Positions 29,892 to 40,642 of a DNA stretch of 64,000 nt are shown piece by piece (position 1 is the first letter of the stretch; the number at the start of each line of letters is the position of its first letter). The notes under the pieces were generated by a model. That model was not told the DNA's origin. It did not search any database and saw only the letters and a list, made by a program, of their open reading frames with translations. This stretch comes from Holosporales bacterium (GTDB lineage: Bacteria > Pseudomonadota > Alphaproteobacteria > JAJTHO01). The position numbers and the translations under genes are program-made. Where the stretch lies: the NCBI GenBank assembly GCA_046338525.1, contig JBKDWF010000022.1, forward strand, positions 3,304 to 67,303. Direction: 5' to 3'.

Positions 29892-32093
29892 ATGACCAAT
29901 CCCCCTCCTCCGCCCGGCGTTGTTGAGCATCCCTACCACCCGGATCAGGCGCGGGCGGACGATGCCGCGTTGCGGGCGCAGCGGCCTGTTGATACCGGGG
30001 TGGCGTGTCTGGCCCTGATGGCCAAGTTCCTCGGCGTGACGGCGGATGTGGACAATATGCGCCATGTGTCGGGGTTTGGATCGGAATTTCTCAATATTAC
30101 CGGACTTTTGCGCTTGGCAAAGGATTTGAGCCTCAAGGCGCGTTATGTGCAGACGAAATGGGATCGCCTGCCCAACTTGGAACTCCCGGCCATTGCCCGG
30201 CTGACCAATGGCGATTTTATTATTCTGGCTAAAGTGGCGCCGGATAAGGTTCTTATCCACGATGCCCGCAAGCTGCAGCCTGAGGTTATCAGCAAGGAAC
30301 AACTGCTCAACGCCTGGGACGGCAAGCTGATCCTCCTCACCAGCCGGGCCAAGATAGCCGGCGAAGCACGGAAGTTCGATTTCACCTGGTTCATTCCGGT
30401 GATTTACCGCTACCGCAAGCTGCTCTCGGAGGTGTTGATTATCTCCTTTTTTCTCCAGCTTTTTGGCCTAGTGTCACCGTTATTTTTCCAGGTGGTTATT
30501 GACAAGGTGCTGGTGCACCATAGCATGACCACCCTCAACGTCCTTGTGGTGGGGTTGGTGGCCATCTCTATTTTTGAGGTTATCCTCACCGGCCTGCGAA
30601 CCTATGTCTTTAGTCATACAACGAGCCGTATAGACGTAGAGCTTGGCGCGCGGTTGTTCAAACACCTCACCAACCTGCCGCTGCGCTATTTTGCTGTGCG
30701 CAAGATTGGGCAAACCGTCGCCCGGGTGCGGGAGCTTGAGAACATCCGCAGCTTTATCACAGGCAACGCCATCACTGTTTTCCTCGATTTTATTTTTACC
30801 ATTGTGTTCTTTGCGGTGATGTTTTTGTACAGCCCCCTTCTCACCCTCATCTCTTTTTTGACGATACCCATTTATATCCTTATTTCAGTACTTTTTACCC
30901 CGGTGTTGCGCCAGCGTCTGGATGAGAAATTTTACCGCAGCGCGGAAAACCAGTCTTTTCTTGTTGAGACCGTCTCTGGTGTGGAAACCACCAAGGCCAT
31001 GGCCATTGAACCTCAGGCTTGCCGCCGCTGGGAAGAACAACTGGCTGGGTACGTCAGTGCCGGGTTTCGCGCCAACATGGTGGGCAACTGGGGGCAGCAG
31101 CTTATCGGCCTCGTGAACAAACTTTCTACGGCCTTGCTGCTTTGGGTAGGGGCGACGCTGGTCATTGATAATGAAATTTCTGTGGGTCAGTTGGTGGCGT
31201 TTAACATGCTGCAAGGCCGCACGTCCGGCCCTATTTTGCGGCTGGCGCAACTATGGCAAGATTTTCAACAAGTTCGTATTTCCATTGAACGCCTCGGCGA
31301 TGTCCTCAACGCTCCGGCGGAGCCTACAGCCGCCGCCAGTGCCGTACGCCTGCCCACTATTCAAGGACGGGTGACATTTGAACGGGTGGTGTTTCGTTAT
31401 GCCCACGATGGTCCGGAAGTCCTCAAGAACGTCAGCCTCGACGTAGCCCCTGGCCAGACCATCGGTATTGTTGGTCCTTCGGGATCGGGGAAAAGCACTT
31501 TTACGAAGCTGGTACAACGGATGTATGTCCCTGAATCCGGGCGAGTCATGGTGGACGGTGTGGATTTAGCCATGGTTGATCCGGCTTGGCTTCGTCGTCA
31601 AGTGGGTGTTGTGCTGCAAGAAAACTTTTTGTTCAGCCGCACTGTCCGGGAAAATATCGCCCTTACCGATCCGGCGATGGATGTAGAGCGGGTTATCAAC
31701 GCCGCTCGCTTGGTTGGGGCACATGATTTTATTCTGGAACTTCCCCAAGGCTATGATACCGTTCTCGATGAACGTGGCGGAAACCTTTCCGGCGGACAGC
31801 GTCAGCGTATCGCCATGGCCCGCGCTCTGGTCAATAATCCCAGTATTCTTATTTTTGATGAAGCAACGTCAGCTTTAGATTATGAATCAGAAAGAATTAT
31901 CCAAGACAACATGAAGCATATTTGCCAAGGGCGCACCGTATTCATTATTGCCCACCGTCTGTCCACCGTCCGCGATGCCCACCGTATTGTTACCATTGAG
32001 AAAGGCGTTATTGTTGAAGATGGTACCCATGATGAACTCTTGCGAAAAGGTGGTCGTTACGCCAAGCTCTATAAATCGCAGTTACGGGAGTAA
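29892..32093 (+). CDS. Type I secretion ABC transporter (HlyB family) with an N-terminal degenerate C39-like domain
   Basis: 733 aa with a 6-TM ABC exporter domain, Walker A 'GPSGSGKST', signature 'LSGGQRQR' and Walker B 'ILIFDEATSALD'. The N-terminal 'DTGVACLA' aligns with C39 'DCGVAAL' (ComA) and HlyB 'DYGLYAL', placing Thr at the catalytic Cys position. Confidence 0.85.
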   Translation: MTNPPPPPGVVEHPYHPDQARADDAALRAQRPVDTGVACLALMAKFLGVTADVDNMRHVSGFGSEFLNITGLLRLAKDLSLKARYVQTKWDRLPNLELPAIARLTNGDFIILAKVAPDKVLIHDARKLQPEVISKEQLLNAWDGKLILLTSRAKIAGEARKFDFTWFIPVIYRYRKLLSEVLIISFFLQLFGLVSPLFFQVVIDKVLVHHSMTTLNVLVVGLVAISIFEVILTGLRTYVFSHTTSRIDVELGARLFKHLTNLPLRYFAVRKIGQTVARVRELENIRSFITGNAITVFLDFIFTIVFFAVMFLYSPLLTLISFLTIPIYILISVLFTPVLRQRLDEKFYRSAENQSFLVETVSGVETTKAMAIEPQACRRWEEQLAGYVSAGFRANMVGNWGQQLIGLVNKLSTALLLWVGATLVIDNEISVGQLVAFNMLQGRTSGPILRLAQLWQDFQQVRISIERLGDVLNAPAEPTAAASAVRLPTIQGRVTFERVVFRYAHDGPEVLKNVSLDVAPGQTIGIVGPSGSGKSTFTKLVQRMYVPESGRVMVDGVDLAMVDPAWLRRQVGVVLQENFLFSRTVRENIALTDPAMDVERVINAARLVGAHDFILELPQGYDTVLDERGGNLSGGQRQRIAMARALVNNPSILIFDEATSALDYESERIIQDNMKHICQGRTVFIIAHRLSTVRDAHRIVTIEKGVIVEDGTHDELLRKGGRYAKLYKSQLRE

Positions 32094-32098
32094 CGCGC

Positions 32099-33541
32099 AT
32101 GGGCATGCTCACCGTCTTTAAGGAAAAAGCCGCCGATTCGGTGTTCCTGATGCGCTTGGTTAAGGCTAAAGAGGTTTGGAAACATTCGGTGCAGGAAGAG
32201 GCCGATAAGCTGCACCTCAAACGCTCTCGCCATGAATTGGAGTTCCTTCCCGCCGCGCTGGAAGTCATGGAAACCCCGCCGTCACCCACGGCCAGGCTCA
32301 CGGCGTGGCTTATTTTGGCATTGTTTACCGTTGCTCTCGTGTGGTCTATTTTGGGTTTTACCGATGTCGTTGTTACAGGACAGGGACAAATTATTGCCTT
32401 TGGCAATACCCGTATTATTCAAAGTTTGGAAGTGGCCAAAATCAGTAAAATTCATGTGCGTGAAGGTCAATCCATTAAAGCCGGGGATATCCTCGTAGAA
32501 CTTGACCCCACGGAAACCCAGGCAGAAACAAAAAAAGTTGGTGAAGCCCTGATGCAGGCCGCCTTGGACGTTACCCGGTTGCGCGCCTTGGCCGACAACC
32601 CGGATAATTCTGAAGCTGCTTTTGTTCCCCCCATCAACGCGCCGGTGGCTCTTATTGCCACTCAAAAACAACTGCTGCGGGCGACTGTGCAGGAGCACCG
32701 ATCGCGTCTGTCTTCCTTTGATGCCAGCATTCGTACTAACGAGGCTCAACAACAAACCATTAGAGCCGAAATTCGCAAGCTGGAGCAAACCATCCCCTTG
32801 ATCAAGGAACGCGCCGATGGGCTTTCTTCTCTTGCAGCGCGGGGTCTTTCGCCACGAACCCAAGCCCTGCAAGTACAACAAGAACTCGTCAATGCCCAGC
32901 AAGATTTAAACGCCAACCGTTCCCGTCTTAATGAAATTGCCGCCACCATCGCCAATGCTACTCAGCAACGCGAACAAGCTCTCGGCGAGTACCTCAAAAC
33001 CCGCTTTAATGAACTTTCCGAAGCGCAGCAGCGGTACAACAATCTGCGCCAAGAACTCATTAAGGCCAAAGATCGCTCTGGCAAGCGTACTATCACCGCC
33101 CCGGAAGACGGCACTGTGCAAAATCTAAAAATCAACACCGTTGGCGGTGTGGTTCAACCTGCCGAAGAAATTATGCGTATTGTGCCCAGCGATGGTGCGC
33201 TGGAGGCACTCGTGCGCGTCCTTAACAAGGATCGCGGCGGTATCGAGGCGGGGATGCCGGTACAGGTTAAGGTGGATGCCTATTCGTTCACGAAATACGG
33301 CATCCTAAACGGTGAGGTACGGGAGATTTCCGGCGATGCTGTGCTGGATGAGAAACTCGGCCCCCTCTTTCAGGTGTGGGTCACACTGAACGCAGACAGC
33401 CCGCTTCTAGAAGATAAAAGCATTCGTATCACCCCCGGCATGACCGTAGTTGCCGAAGTCAAAACCGATAAGCGGCGAATTATTAGTTATATTCTTTCCC
33501 CGATTGAGCGGGGCTTAAAAGAAGCAGCGAGGGAGCGCTAA
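32099..33541 (+). CDS. HlyD-family type I secretion periplasmic adaptor (membrane fusion protein)
   Basis: 480 aa with one N-terminal TM helix, a long coiled-coil, and a C-terminal beta domain. Starts 6 nt after the ABC transporter stop. Confidence 0.85.
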   Translation: MGMLTVFKEKAADSVFLMRLVKAKEVWKHSVQEEADKLHLKRSRHELEFLPAALEVMETPPSPTARLTAWLILALFTVALVWSILGFTDVVVTGQGQIIAFGNTRIIQSLEVAKISKIHVREGQSIKAGDILVELDPTETQAETKKVGEALMQAALDVTRLRALADNPDNSEAAFVPPINAPVALIATQKQLLRATVQEHRSRLSSFDASIRTNEAQQQTIRAEIRKLEQTIPLIKERADGLSSLAARGLSPRTQALQVQQELVNAQQDLNANRSRLNEIAATIANATQQREQALGEYLKTRFNELSEAQQRYNNLRQELIKAKDRSGKRTITAPEDGTVQNLKINTVGGVVQPAEEIMRIVPSDGALEALVRVLNKDRGGIEAGMPVQVKVDAYSFTKYGILNGEVREISGDAVLDEKLGPLFQVWVTLNADSPLLEDKSIRITPGMTVVAEVKTDKRRIISYILSPIERGLKEAARER

Positions 33542-33545
33542 CAGG

Positions 33546-33580
33546 CTCCCCTCCTCCCCAGCGACGCAGGGGAGGAGGGC
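33546..33580 (+). terminator. GC-rich stem-loop 'cccctcctcccc-agcgacgca-ggggaggaggg' immediately after the hlyD stop (no U-tract)
   Basis: An 11-bp perfect stem beginning 5 nt after the hlyD stop. Followed by a family B arm (33604-33625). Confidence 0.5.
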
Positions 33581-33702
33581 TAATCCGGGCGCTTCCCACT
33601 CATCCCCATAAATGGGTTAATAGAGATGATTTTTATAAATTATTCAGCGGTTTGAAGGCCAAAAGACGACAGCCAAAGACGAGAATTGTCGAGGCACCCT
33701 GG

Positions 33703-35673
33703 ATGGTGTACATTTTTTTAGTGTATAAGTCATTTAACCTCACCGCACCCTTTGCCCCGGCGGGGGATCAGCCGGCGGCGATTGCGGCATTGATTCATGG
33801 GCTACAGGCCGGCAAGCAGGATCAAGTACTCTTGGGTGTAACAGGTTCGGGCAAAACGTTTACCGTGGCTCATGTTATTGCGACGTTGGGTCGTCCGGCT
33901 TTGATTATGGCGCCTAACAAGACCCTAGCGGCGCAGTTGTATAGCGAAATGAAGGCGTTTTTCCCCGACAACGCGGTGGAATATTTTGTTTCTTACTATG
34001 ATTACTATCAGCCTGAGGCATATGTGCCTCGCACGGATACCTATATTGAAAAAGAATCAACGATTAACGAGCAGATTGACCAGATGCGCCACAGCGCCAC
34101 TCGCGCCCTGATGGAACGCCGCGATGCGATTATTGTTGCTTCTGTTTCGTGCATTTACGGTCTTGGCAGCGCGGAGAGTTATCTGGAGATGTCTGTGGAG
34201 GTGTCGGCGGGGCAGCGCCTCAAGATCAAAGACCTCACGAACCAACTAGTGACGCAGCAATATAAGCGTAACCAGATAGGATTTGAACGCGGCTGTTTTC
34301 GCATCAATGGCGATACCTTGGAGCTATTCCCCGCACACTTTGAGGATCGCGCTTGGCGTTTGTCGTTCTTTGGCGACACGCTGGAGGATATTGTAGAGTT
34401 TGACCCTCTGACGGGTGAGCGGCTGGCGAAGCTCAAAGAGATTCGGATTTTCCCAAACTCGCACTACGTTACGCCGGGGCCGACCCTGCGCCAGGCCATT
34501 GCTCAGATTAAGATTGACCTGCAGGTTCGTTTAGCGGAGCTGCGGCAACAGGATAAATTGCTGGAGGCTCAGCGGCTTGAACAACGCACCAGCTTTGATC
34601 TGGAGATGTTAGAGAGCACCGGCACCTGCGCCGGGATTGAAAACTATTCGCGGTATTTATCGGGCAATAAGCCGGGGGAGCCGCCGCCGACCCTGTTTCA
34701 ATACCTGCCGAAAGACGCCTTGCTCATCCTTGATGAAAGCCACGTCACGGTGCCCCAGATCGGGGCGATGTACAAGGGCGACCGATCGCGGAAAATGACG
34801 TTGGCCGAGCATGGTTTTCGCCTGCCGTCTTGTATGGACAATCGGCCGCTGAAGTTTGAGGAGTGGGATGCCTTCAGGCCCCAAAGCATTCATGTCTCGG
34901 CCACCCCCAATGACTGGGAGATCGAGCGCGCCGGGGGTGAAGTCATTGAACAGGTGGTGCGCCCCACCGGCCTGCTTGACCCCCCGTATTCTATTCGCCA
35001 GACCCTGAATCAAGTAGATGATTTGATGGCGGAATGCCGGGCAGTCATCGAGGCCGGATGGCGGGTGCTGATAACCACCCTGACCAAGAAAATGGCCGAG
35101 GCGTTGACGGAATACCTCATCGAAGCCGGGATGAAAGTTCGCTATGTCCACAGCGATGTGGACACGATGGAGCGCATTGAGATTATCCGCGATCTGCGCC
35201 TTGGGGTGATTGATATTCTTGTGGGAATTAACCTTCTGCGTGAAGGACTGGATATCCCGGAATGCGCCCTAGTGGCGATTCTGGATGCCGATAAAGAGGG
35301 TTATTTGCGTAGCCGCACGGCTCTCATCCAAACTATTGGCCGGGCGGCGCGAAACATTGATGGCCGGGTGATTCTCTACGCCGATCGCATGACCAAATCC
35401 ATGCGGGCAGCGTTGGATGAGACCGACCGTCGCCGGGCGAAACAGGCCGCCTACAACAAAGAGCACGGCATCACCCCCCAAGGCATCCGCAAGGCCATTG
35501 CCGAGACAATGAGCACGACCGATGTGGTTCTACCCGATCCGGAAATGTTTGAGGTTGACGTAAAGAAACTCGAAAAGGAAATGCTCAAAGCGGCGGAGGA
35601 GCTTGATTTTGAACGGGCGGCTAGCCTGCGGGATCAACTGCGAAAGGTGGAGGCGGCGCGGTTGATGTACTGA
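33703..35673 (+). CDS. uvrB: Excinuclease ABC subunit B
   Basis: Near-colinear with E. coli UvrB: '[12 protein letters not shown]', '[11 protein letters not shown]', and the C-terminal UvrB/C interaction motif '[14 protein letters not shown]'. The tracked start at 33652 is an extension. Confidence 0.9.
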   Translation: MVYIFLVYKSFNLTAPFAPAGDQPAAIAALIHGLQAGKQDQVLLGVTGSGKTFTVAHVIATLGRPALIMAPNKTLAAQLYSEMKAFFPDNAVEYFVSYYDYYQPEAYVPRTDTYIEKESTINEQIDQMRHSATRALMERRDAIIVASVSCIYGLGSAESYLEMSVEVSAGQRLKIKDLTNQLVTQQYKRNQIGFERGCFRINGDTLELFPAHFEDRAWRLSFFGDTLEDIVEFDPLTGERLAKLKEIRIFPNSHYVTPGPTLRQAIAQIKIDLQVRLAELRQQDKLLEAQRLEQRTSFDLEMLESTGTCAGIENYSRYLSGNKPGEPPPTLFQYLPKDALLILDESHVTVPQIGAMYKGDRSRKMTLAEHGFRLPSCMDNRPLKFEEWDAFRPQSIHVSATPNDWEIERAGGEVIEQVVRPTGLLDPPYSIRQTLNQVDDLMAECRAVIEAGWRVLITTLTKKMAEALTEYLIEAGMKVRYVHSDVDTMERIEIIRDLRLGVIDILVGINLLREGLDIPECALVAILDADKEGYLRSRTALIQTIGRAARNIDGRVILYADRMTKSMRAALDETDRRRAKQAAYNKEHGITPQGIRKAIAETMSTTDVVLPDPEMFEVDVKKLEKEMLKAAEELDFERAASLRDQLRKVEAARLMY

Positions 35674-35780
35674 ATGCAGATGAAGACTTCCGGTTCGGCG
35701 AGCGAACCGAGCGGCGCGCAGCGTACTAATACCGCTTTGCGTTCAATATACTCCTGCACATGAAGAATGTGCAAGGGTAT
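35668..35780. repeat. Family C repeat, copy C1 ('gtactgaatgcagatgaagacttccgg...cgagcgaacc...ctgcacatgaagaatgtgcaagggtat')
   Basis: Shares blocks with 38366-38520 and 42686-42774. Begins at the uvrB stop codon. Confidence 0.65.
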
Positions 35781-35788
35781 AAGAAAAA

Positions 35789-36337
35789 TTACAGCCTAGG
35801 CAACGTCACGCCCTGCTGCCCCATGTATTTACCACCGCGATCCTTGTAGGAGACTTCGGGCGCGCTGGAGCCTTGCAGGAATAAAAACTGGCAAATTCCC
35901 TCATTGGCGTAAATTTTTGCGGGCAGAGGGGTGGTGTTGGAAATTTCAATCGTCACATGGCCTTCCCATTCGGGTTCCAACGGCGTGACGTTCACAATAA
36001 TCCCGCATCGGGCATAGGTTGATTTACCAAGACAAATCACCAATACATCACGAGGAATACGGAAATACTCCACTGTGCGGGCAAGGGCAAAGCTGTTGGG
36101 CGGGATGATGCACACATCGGTGTTGCGATCAACAAAGCTTTGAGCGGAAAAAGATTTTGGATCAATAGTGACGGAATCGACGTTAGTAAAAATCTTAAAG
36201 GCATCAGCCACCCTAGCGTCGTAGCCATAAGACGACAGGCCATAACTAATCACCCCGTCGCGGCGCTGAGCCTCAACAAACGGTTCAATCATCCCGGCCT
36301 GGGCGAGGCGGCGGATAGCGTGATCGGGGAGAATCAT
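35789..36337 (-). CDS. dcd: dCTP deaminase
   Basis: 182 aa Dcd/dUTPase-fold protein with typical length and motifs. Confidence 0.8.
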   Translation of the reverse strand: MILPDHAIRRLAQAGMIEPFVEAQRRDGVISYGLSSYGYDARVADAFKIFTNVDSVTIDPKSFSAQSFVDRNTDVCIIPPNSFALARTVEYFRIPRDVLVICLGKSTYARCGIIVNVTPLEPEWEGHVTIEISNTTPLPAKIYANEGICQFLFLQGSSAPEVSYKDRGGKYMGQQGVTLPRL

Positions 36338-36452
36338 GAGTGGTGAGTAGTGAGTGGTGAGTGGTGAGTGGTGTTTTCGCTTTCTTGTTTCAAGGCATTA
36401 TTCAAACTAGGGAAAGCAGCAGACCACTCATTACTCACTACTCCCAACTCAC
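36338..36452. repeat. Heptad micro-repeat '(gtgagtg/gtgagta)n' tract with a downstream inverted partner ('cattactcactactcccaactcactc')
   Basis: 'tgagtggtgagtagtgagtggtgagtggtgagtggtg' at 36338-36374 and its approximate reverse complement at 36423-36452, in the dcd/tsf intergenic region. Confidence 0.6.
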
Positions 36453-36539
36453 TCTCTTTGCGTTTACGCAAGTTGACCCGCAACGCCGCCGCAAGGCGTG
36501 CCGTACGGGCATCCTGAGAAGCAGCGGCCACCGGCAAAA

Positions 36540-37469
36540 TTACCCGGCCAACTGCTGCGCCACTTCGGCGGCGAAGTCCTTACTTTCTTTCTCGATGCCT
36601 TCACCTAAGAAAAAGCGAGCAAAACCGGCGACTTTTATGGAGCTACCTAGGGTCTTGCCTTGCTGTTCTACAAGGGCGCGGATGGTGAGTTTATCGTCGC
36701 GGACGTACGGCTGTTCCAGAAGAACAACTTCCTCATAGTATTTACGCACCCGGCCATCCACCATTTTGCTAATGATCTCTTCAGGTTTTCCGGAAGCACG
36801 CGCCTGTTCGGCCAGCACGTTACGTTCACGCTCTAGGGCTTGGGGATCAACACTGGAAATATCCAAGGCTTGGGGCGCAGTGGCGGCAACGTGAAGGGCA
36901 ATGTTTTTACCCAGCTCGTTTAATTTATCGGTAGCCGCCGACGACTCCAACGCCACCAAGACACCAATTTTGCCGAGGCCGGGCGCAACATCATTGTGCA
37001 CATACCCAACAACAACGCCTTGATTAACAGACAATCTCGTTACGCGGCGCAGGCTCATGTTCTCGCCAATCGTCGCCACCAAGCCAGTCAAAGTATCGAT
37101 CACCGTCTTACCCCCAGCCAAGGCCAGTGTTTTCAGCGCTTCAATATCCCCGGTGTTTTTATCGAGGCCAGCTTGAGCCGTTTCCCGGCAAAAACCCTGA
37201 AACTGCTCATTCCGAGCCACGAAGTCAGTTTCAGCATTTACTTCCAAGACCAGACCACTGGTCGCCGCCGTAACAACGGCAACTAATCCTTCGGCGGCCA
37301 CGCGGCCAGCCTTTTTCGCCGCTGCGGATAATCCTTTTTTCCGCAACCAGTCTACTGCCGCTTCTAGATCACCCTTGGCTTCTTCCAAAGCCTTTTTGCA
37401 ATCCAGCATACCGGCACCAGTTTTTTCACGCAAGTCGCGCACTTGGGCGGCTGAAATCACGACACTCAT
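36540..37469 (-). CDS. tsf: Translation elongation factor Ts
   Basis: 309 aa. N-terminus '[46 protein letters not shown]' is the EF-Ts consensus. Confidence 0.9.
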   Translation of the reverse strand: MSVVISAAQVRDLREKTGAGMLDCKKALEEAKGDLEAAVDWLRKKGLSAAAKKAGRVAAEGLVAVVTAATSGLVLEVNAETDFVARNEQFQGFCRETAQAGLDKNTGDIEALKTLALAGGKTVIDTLTGLVATIGENMSLRRVTRLSVNQGVVVGYVHNDVAPGLGKIGVLVALESSAATDKLNELGKNIALHVAATAPQALDISSVDPQALERERNVLAEQARASGKPEEIISKMVDGRVRKYYEEVVLLEQPYVRDDKLTIRALVEQQGKTLGSSIKVAGFARFFLGEGIEKESKDFAAEVAQQLAG

Positions 37470-38236
37470 GCAGCAGCTCCTTCATTATTTACTTGGTCAG
37501 CAGCAGGTAGATTTTCCAGCGCGCCTAAATCAACGCCACTAGCCACCATCGCTTCTTGCATTCCGCCTAGGGCAGCCGCAACAAAAAGATCACAATAAAG
37601 CTCAATAGCCCGGCGCGCATCATCATTCCCCGGAATAGGGTAACGGATACCTTCGGGATCGCAGTTGCTATCAAGAACAGCAATCACGGGTATTTTCAAA
37701 ACGTTGGCTTCTTCAATGGCAATTGCTTCTTTATTGGTATCAATAATCACCACCAAATCTGGTTGGCCACCCATGTCTTTGATACCGCCCAAAACCTGCT
37801 CCAGCTTGTCCCGGCGACGGGTAAGCATGATTTGCTCTTTCTTGGTGAGACCCTCCATTGGGTTGCTAAGCTTCTCGTCAATTTCTTTAAGTGTCTTGAG
37901 CGAGTTAGAAACAGTCTTCCAGTTAGTAAGCATCCCGCCCAGCCAGCGGTGGTTGACAAAATGCTGGCCACATTTGCGTGCTGTTTCAGCAATCACATCG
38001 GCAGCTTGACGCTTGCTGGCCACAAACAACACCCGACCGCCTTTGGCGACGGTGTTGTGAATAACAACCAATGCCTGATGCAACAATGGCACTGTTTGTT
38101 CCAAATCAAGGATATGCACCCCATTGCGGGAGCCGTATAAATACGGTTTCATCCGGGGATTCCAACGCCGGGTCGTGTGCCCAAAGTGCACCCCCGCGTT
38201 GACAAGTTGCCGCAGGCTAAAATGCGGGACAGCCAT
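37466..38236 (-). CDS. rpsB: 30S ribosomal protein S2
   Basis: '[32 protein letters not shown]...' with a 4-nt overlap with tsf. The tracked ORF is extended upstream through repeat C2 to 38509. Confidence 0.9.
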   Translation of the reverse strand: MAVPHFSLRQLVNAGVHFGHTTRRWNPRMKPYLYGSRNGVHILDLEQTVPLLHQALVVIHNTVAKGGRVLFVASKRQAADVIAETARKCGQHFVNHRWLGGMLTNWKTVSNSLKTLKEIDEKLSNPMEGLTKKEQIMLTRRRDKLEQVLGGIKDMGGQPDLVVIIDTNKEAIAIEEANVLKIPVIAVLDSNCDPEGIRYPIPGNDDARRAIELYCDLFVAAALGGMQEAMVASGVDLGALENLPAADQVNNEGAAA

Positions 38237-38365
38237 AATCTCAGTTTCCTTTCCTGTTAAAACCGCCACAGGCTGACACGGAAAAACCGCACAGAAAAGC
38301 CACCTGTGTGAGAGATAATAGGCTTGTAGCGGCGCGGCAGGGTGAAAGCAAGGGGTTTTTGTTTT

Positions 38366-38520
38366 ACTGAATGCAGATGAAGACTTCCGGAAATTGATAT
38401 TTTTTTCAATGCTATACCGCTCGCACATCCAAACTTCTCCTCTCAATCTTGCGAGCGGTACAGCCCGCGCGGCACTTGAGCGAAGCCCTTGCACATTCTT
38501 CATGTGCAAGGAGTATAGTG
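38366..38520. repeat. Family C repeat, copy C2
   Basis: 'actgaatgcagatgaagacttccgg' matches C1. 'cccttgcacattcttcatgtgcaaggagtatag' is the inverse of the right block of C1. Confidence 0.65.
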
Positions 38521-38916
38521 CCAGACGCTTCCAGTCCAGTAAAACCCGTTCTCTCCTGCCTGCCGCTCCGGCAGGCGAATACTAGGCAGAGGCACCCCGG
38601 CAACGTGGGTAATTTCCCCTTCCGGTAGGGGATCCGCCTCGCCAAGGATAATGATAAAACTAACAATTGCCTGTCGCCGCCAAGGAAGGCGGACGATCCC
38701 CGCTCCGCGCACCTCGAGCAGCCCGGCCAGCGCCGCCGGGGGCCGGGCCACCACAAGGCCGCCCTCAATGGACAACTCCACCTGATCATCTGCCACCAGC
38801 ATCCCGCCGTAGCTCTGAATCAAGCAGCGGGCAAGGAAGGACTTCCCACTGCCAGGTCTGCCGCGAATCAACAGGCCACCCCTAGGTAGCCAGACCACCG
38901 TTGCGTGTTCAGGCAT
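38500..38916 (-). CDS. hprK: HPr kinase/phosphorylase, short (C-terminal kinase domain only) alphaproteobacterial form
   Basis: 138 aa with Walker A 'GRPGSGKS' and '[10 protein letters not shown]'. Start overlaps the upstream ABC permease gene by 8 nt. Confidence 0.7.
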   Translation of the reverse strand: MPEHATVVWLPRGGLLIRGRPGSGKSFLARCLIQSYGGMLVADDQVELSIEGGLVVARPPAALAGLLEVRGAGIVRLPWRRQAIVSFIIILGEADPLPEGEITHVAGVPLPSIRLPERQAGENGFYWTGSVWHYTPCT

Positions 38917-39592
38917 AAGGATAGACTTGGATACGTCGTTCCGCTGTCCGGAAAGCCGCGCTTAATAGTCCGCATAAAAAAAGGTATAAAACTGCTGCGG
39001 CTAGATAAAATGGTAGTGGCTGATACGTCTTGGCAACAAGGGTACGGGTCACACCCGTAAGCTCCATCAGTGTCACGGTACTAGCCAACGCGCTGGCCTT
39101 GACCAGAATAATCATCTCATTCCCTAATTGCGGTAATAATCGGGGTAAAGCCTGAGCCAAAACAATCCGGCGAAAGCGCACAGCTCTAGCCATACCAAGG
39201 CTTTTAGCGGCCTCGATATCTCCTTGGGGAACCTGATTAATAACCCCGCGCAAGGCCGCCCCCAGATACGCACCCGCATTCAGGCCAAGAGCCAACACCG
39301 CGCACCAGAAAGGGCTATCCAAAAACCCGCGCCATGCCATTGTCCCGTGCAACCACTGCCATTGAGCCAAGCCATAATAAATCAAAAACAACTGCACCAG
39401 TAAAGGCGTGCCGCGAAAAAAGAAAATGTACCCAGCGGTAAAACGCTGTAAAAACATACTGCGTCCACCACGAAACGTACCAACGCCTAGGCCAATTACC
39501 GATCCCAGCACCGCCGCCAGAAATACAAGCTGCACCGTCAGTGATACCCCCGTCAGCAGCATCCCGCCATAGCGCGCGCCCCATTCAAGCAT
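38909..39592 (-). CDS. Polar amino acid ABC transporter permease (HisM/ArtM-like)
   Basis: 227 aa, multi-TM, with EAA loop 'AKSLGMARAVRFRRIVLAQALP'. Confidence 0.8.
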   Translation of the reverse strand: MLEWGARYGGMLLTGVSLTVQLVFLAAVLGSVIGLGVGTFRGGRSMFLQRFTAGYIFFFRGTPLLVQLFLIYYGLAQWQWLHGTMAWRGFLDSPFWCAVLALGLNAGAYLGAALRGVINQVPQGDIEAAKSLGMARAVRFRRIVLAQALPRLLPQLGNEMIILVKASALASTVTLMELTGVTRTLVAKTYQPLPFYLAAAVLYLFLCGLLSAAFRTAERRIQVYPYA

Positions 39593-40271
39593 AACCGCGC
39601 CTCGCCCAAGCTTCCCCGCGTCGCAACACGGCGGTGCTCAACAATGTTACAATGAGATACAAACCTGCCGCAGCGAAGTAAAATACAAAAGGCATCCCTG
39701 TTGTGCCTACGGCCACTTGGGTCTGACGCATCAGCTCTGGTACACTGATCACCGATACTAAAGCCGTGTCTTTCAACAAAACCAAAAATAAGTTCCCCAG
39801 TCCAGGCAGTGCCAAGCGCACTATCTGTGGTAACATCAGCCGTCGTACCCGCAGCCACCGCCCCATACCGAGAGATCGCCCCGCATCAATATCCCCCGCC
39901 GGAATTTGTGCCCACGTACCCCGCAATACCTCCCCCACAAAAGCTCCAAACGACAGGGAGAGGCCAACAACACCCACAACAAACGGCGAAAACGCCACGG
40001 GTTTAAGCCCTAATAAGTCAGTAATACCGTTTATTACAACACTGCCGCCAAAATACAGGGCCAATAATACGATGAGTTCCGGCACGCTCCGAAAAACAAC
40101 GCCATAAGCAACAGCAAGCCGTTGCAAAGCACGAACCCCTGACCGATGCAATAGTAACAACAACGCGCCCATAACCAAAGCACCACAGGCCGAGGCTAAG
40201 GCTAACAGCACCGTCCAGCCAAGCCCCTCCAGCAACAAGGGTGCAAAATCAAGGAGAGGAAAAGAGGTCAT
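39585..40271 (-). CDS. Polar amino acid ABC transporter permease (HisQ/ArtQ-like)
   Basis: 228 aa, multi-TM, with EAA loop 'AGRSLGMGRWLRVRRLMLPQIV'. 8-nt overlap with the downstream permease gene. Confidence 0.8.
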   Translation of the reverse strand: MTSFPLLDFAPLLLEGLGWTVLLALASACGALVMGALLLLLHRSGVRALQRLAVAYGVVFRSVPELIVLLALYFGGSVVINGITDLLGLKPVAFSPFVVGVVGLSLSFGAFVGEVLRGTWAQIPAGDIDAGRSLGMGRWLRVRRLMLPQIVRLALPGLGNLFLVLLKDTALVSVISVPELMRQTQVAVGTTGMPFVFYFAAAGLYLIVTLLSTAVLRRGEAWARRGYA

Positions 40272-40299
40272 GAGTTAACCTTACCACCCCTTCTCATTA

Positions 40300-40533
40300 C
40301 TATTGTGAAGTTGTTGAAGTTTGCGGCTTATTCTTCTCGCCCTGCAAAAAGAGGTTGAATGGGCCAGAGTTATTTTTATTTTTTAATTCATCTCTAATCT
40401 CTTCGAGAAGATTGGAAATTTTATTAATTTTCCAATACCAACAAACTAACTCACGAAAAATAAGAAAGAGAACGACGATCGCTGTGAGCACTATGAGAAA
40501 TGTTGTTATATGGGGAGATATTGTCGCATCCAT
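40300..40533 (-). CDS. Small hypothetical single-TM protein in a markedly AT-rich segment
   Basis: 77 aa beginning 'MDATISPHITTFLIVLTAIVVLFLIFRELVCWYWK...' with a Lys/Asn-rich tail. The local sequence is visibly AT-rich compared with flanking genes. Sits where a substrate-binding protein or ATPase gene of the permease operon would be expected. Confidence 0.35.
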   Translation of the reverse strand: MDATISPHITTFLIVLTAIVVLFLIFRELVCWYWKINKISNLLEEIRDELKNKNNSGPFNLFLQGEKNKPQTSTTSQ

Positions 40534-40566
40534 TATTAAAATCCTTGTGATTTAATATTTTAGGTA

Positions 40567-40625
40567 AAAATATTAAAGTCCCCCTACCCTAACCCTCCCC
40601 CACAAGCGGGGGAGGGAACCAGACT
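40567..40625. repeat. Family A repeat fragment ('ccctaccctaaccctcccccacaagcgggggagggaacc')
   Basis: Shares the terminal 'ccctaccct' and the internal palindrome 'cctcccccgcaagcgggagagggagg' with A4. Confidence 0.5.
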
Positions 40626-40642
40626 GAGCCTGTGGCAACAGC

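Noticed and set aside
29892-33541. Looked for an RTX-type or other T1SS substrate within the window (Gly-Asp nonapeptide repeats, large acidic protein with C-terminal signal)
   Set aside because: No ORF in the 64 kb shows GGxGxD repeats. The 351-aa acidic protein and the 459-aa hypothetical are too far away and lack recognisable T1SS signal features. The substrate is presumably encoded elsewhere.
33604-33700. LexA box (GTTC-N7-GTTC) upstream of uvrB
   Set aside because: Searched the uvrB upstream region. No alphaproteobacterial SOS box is present, only the family B arm and the family D motif.
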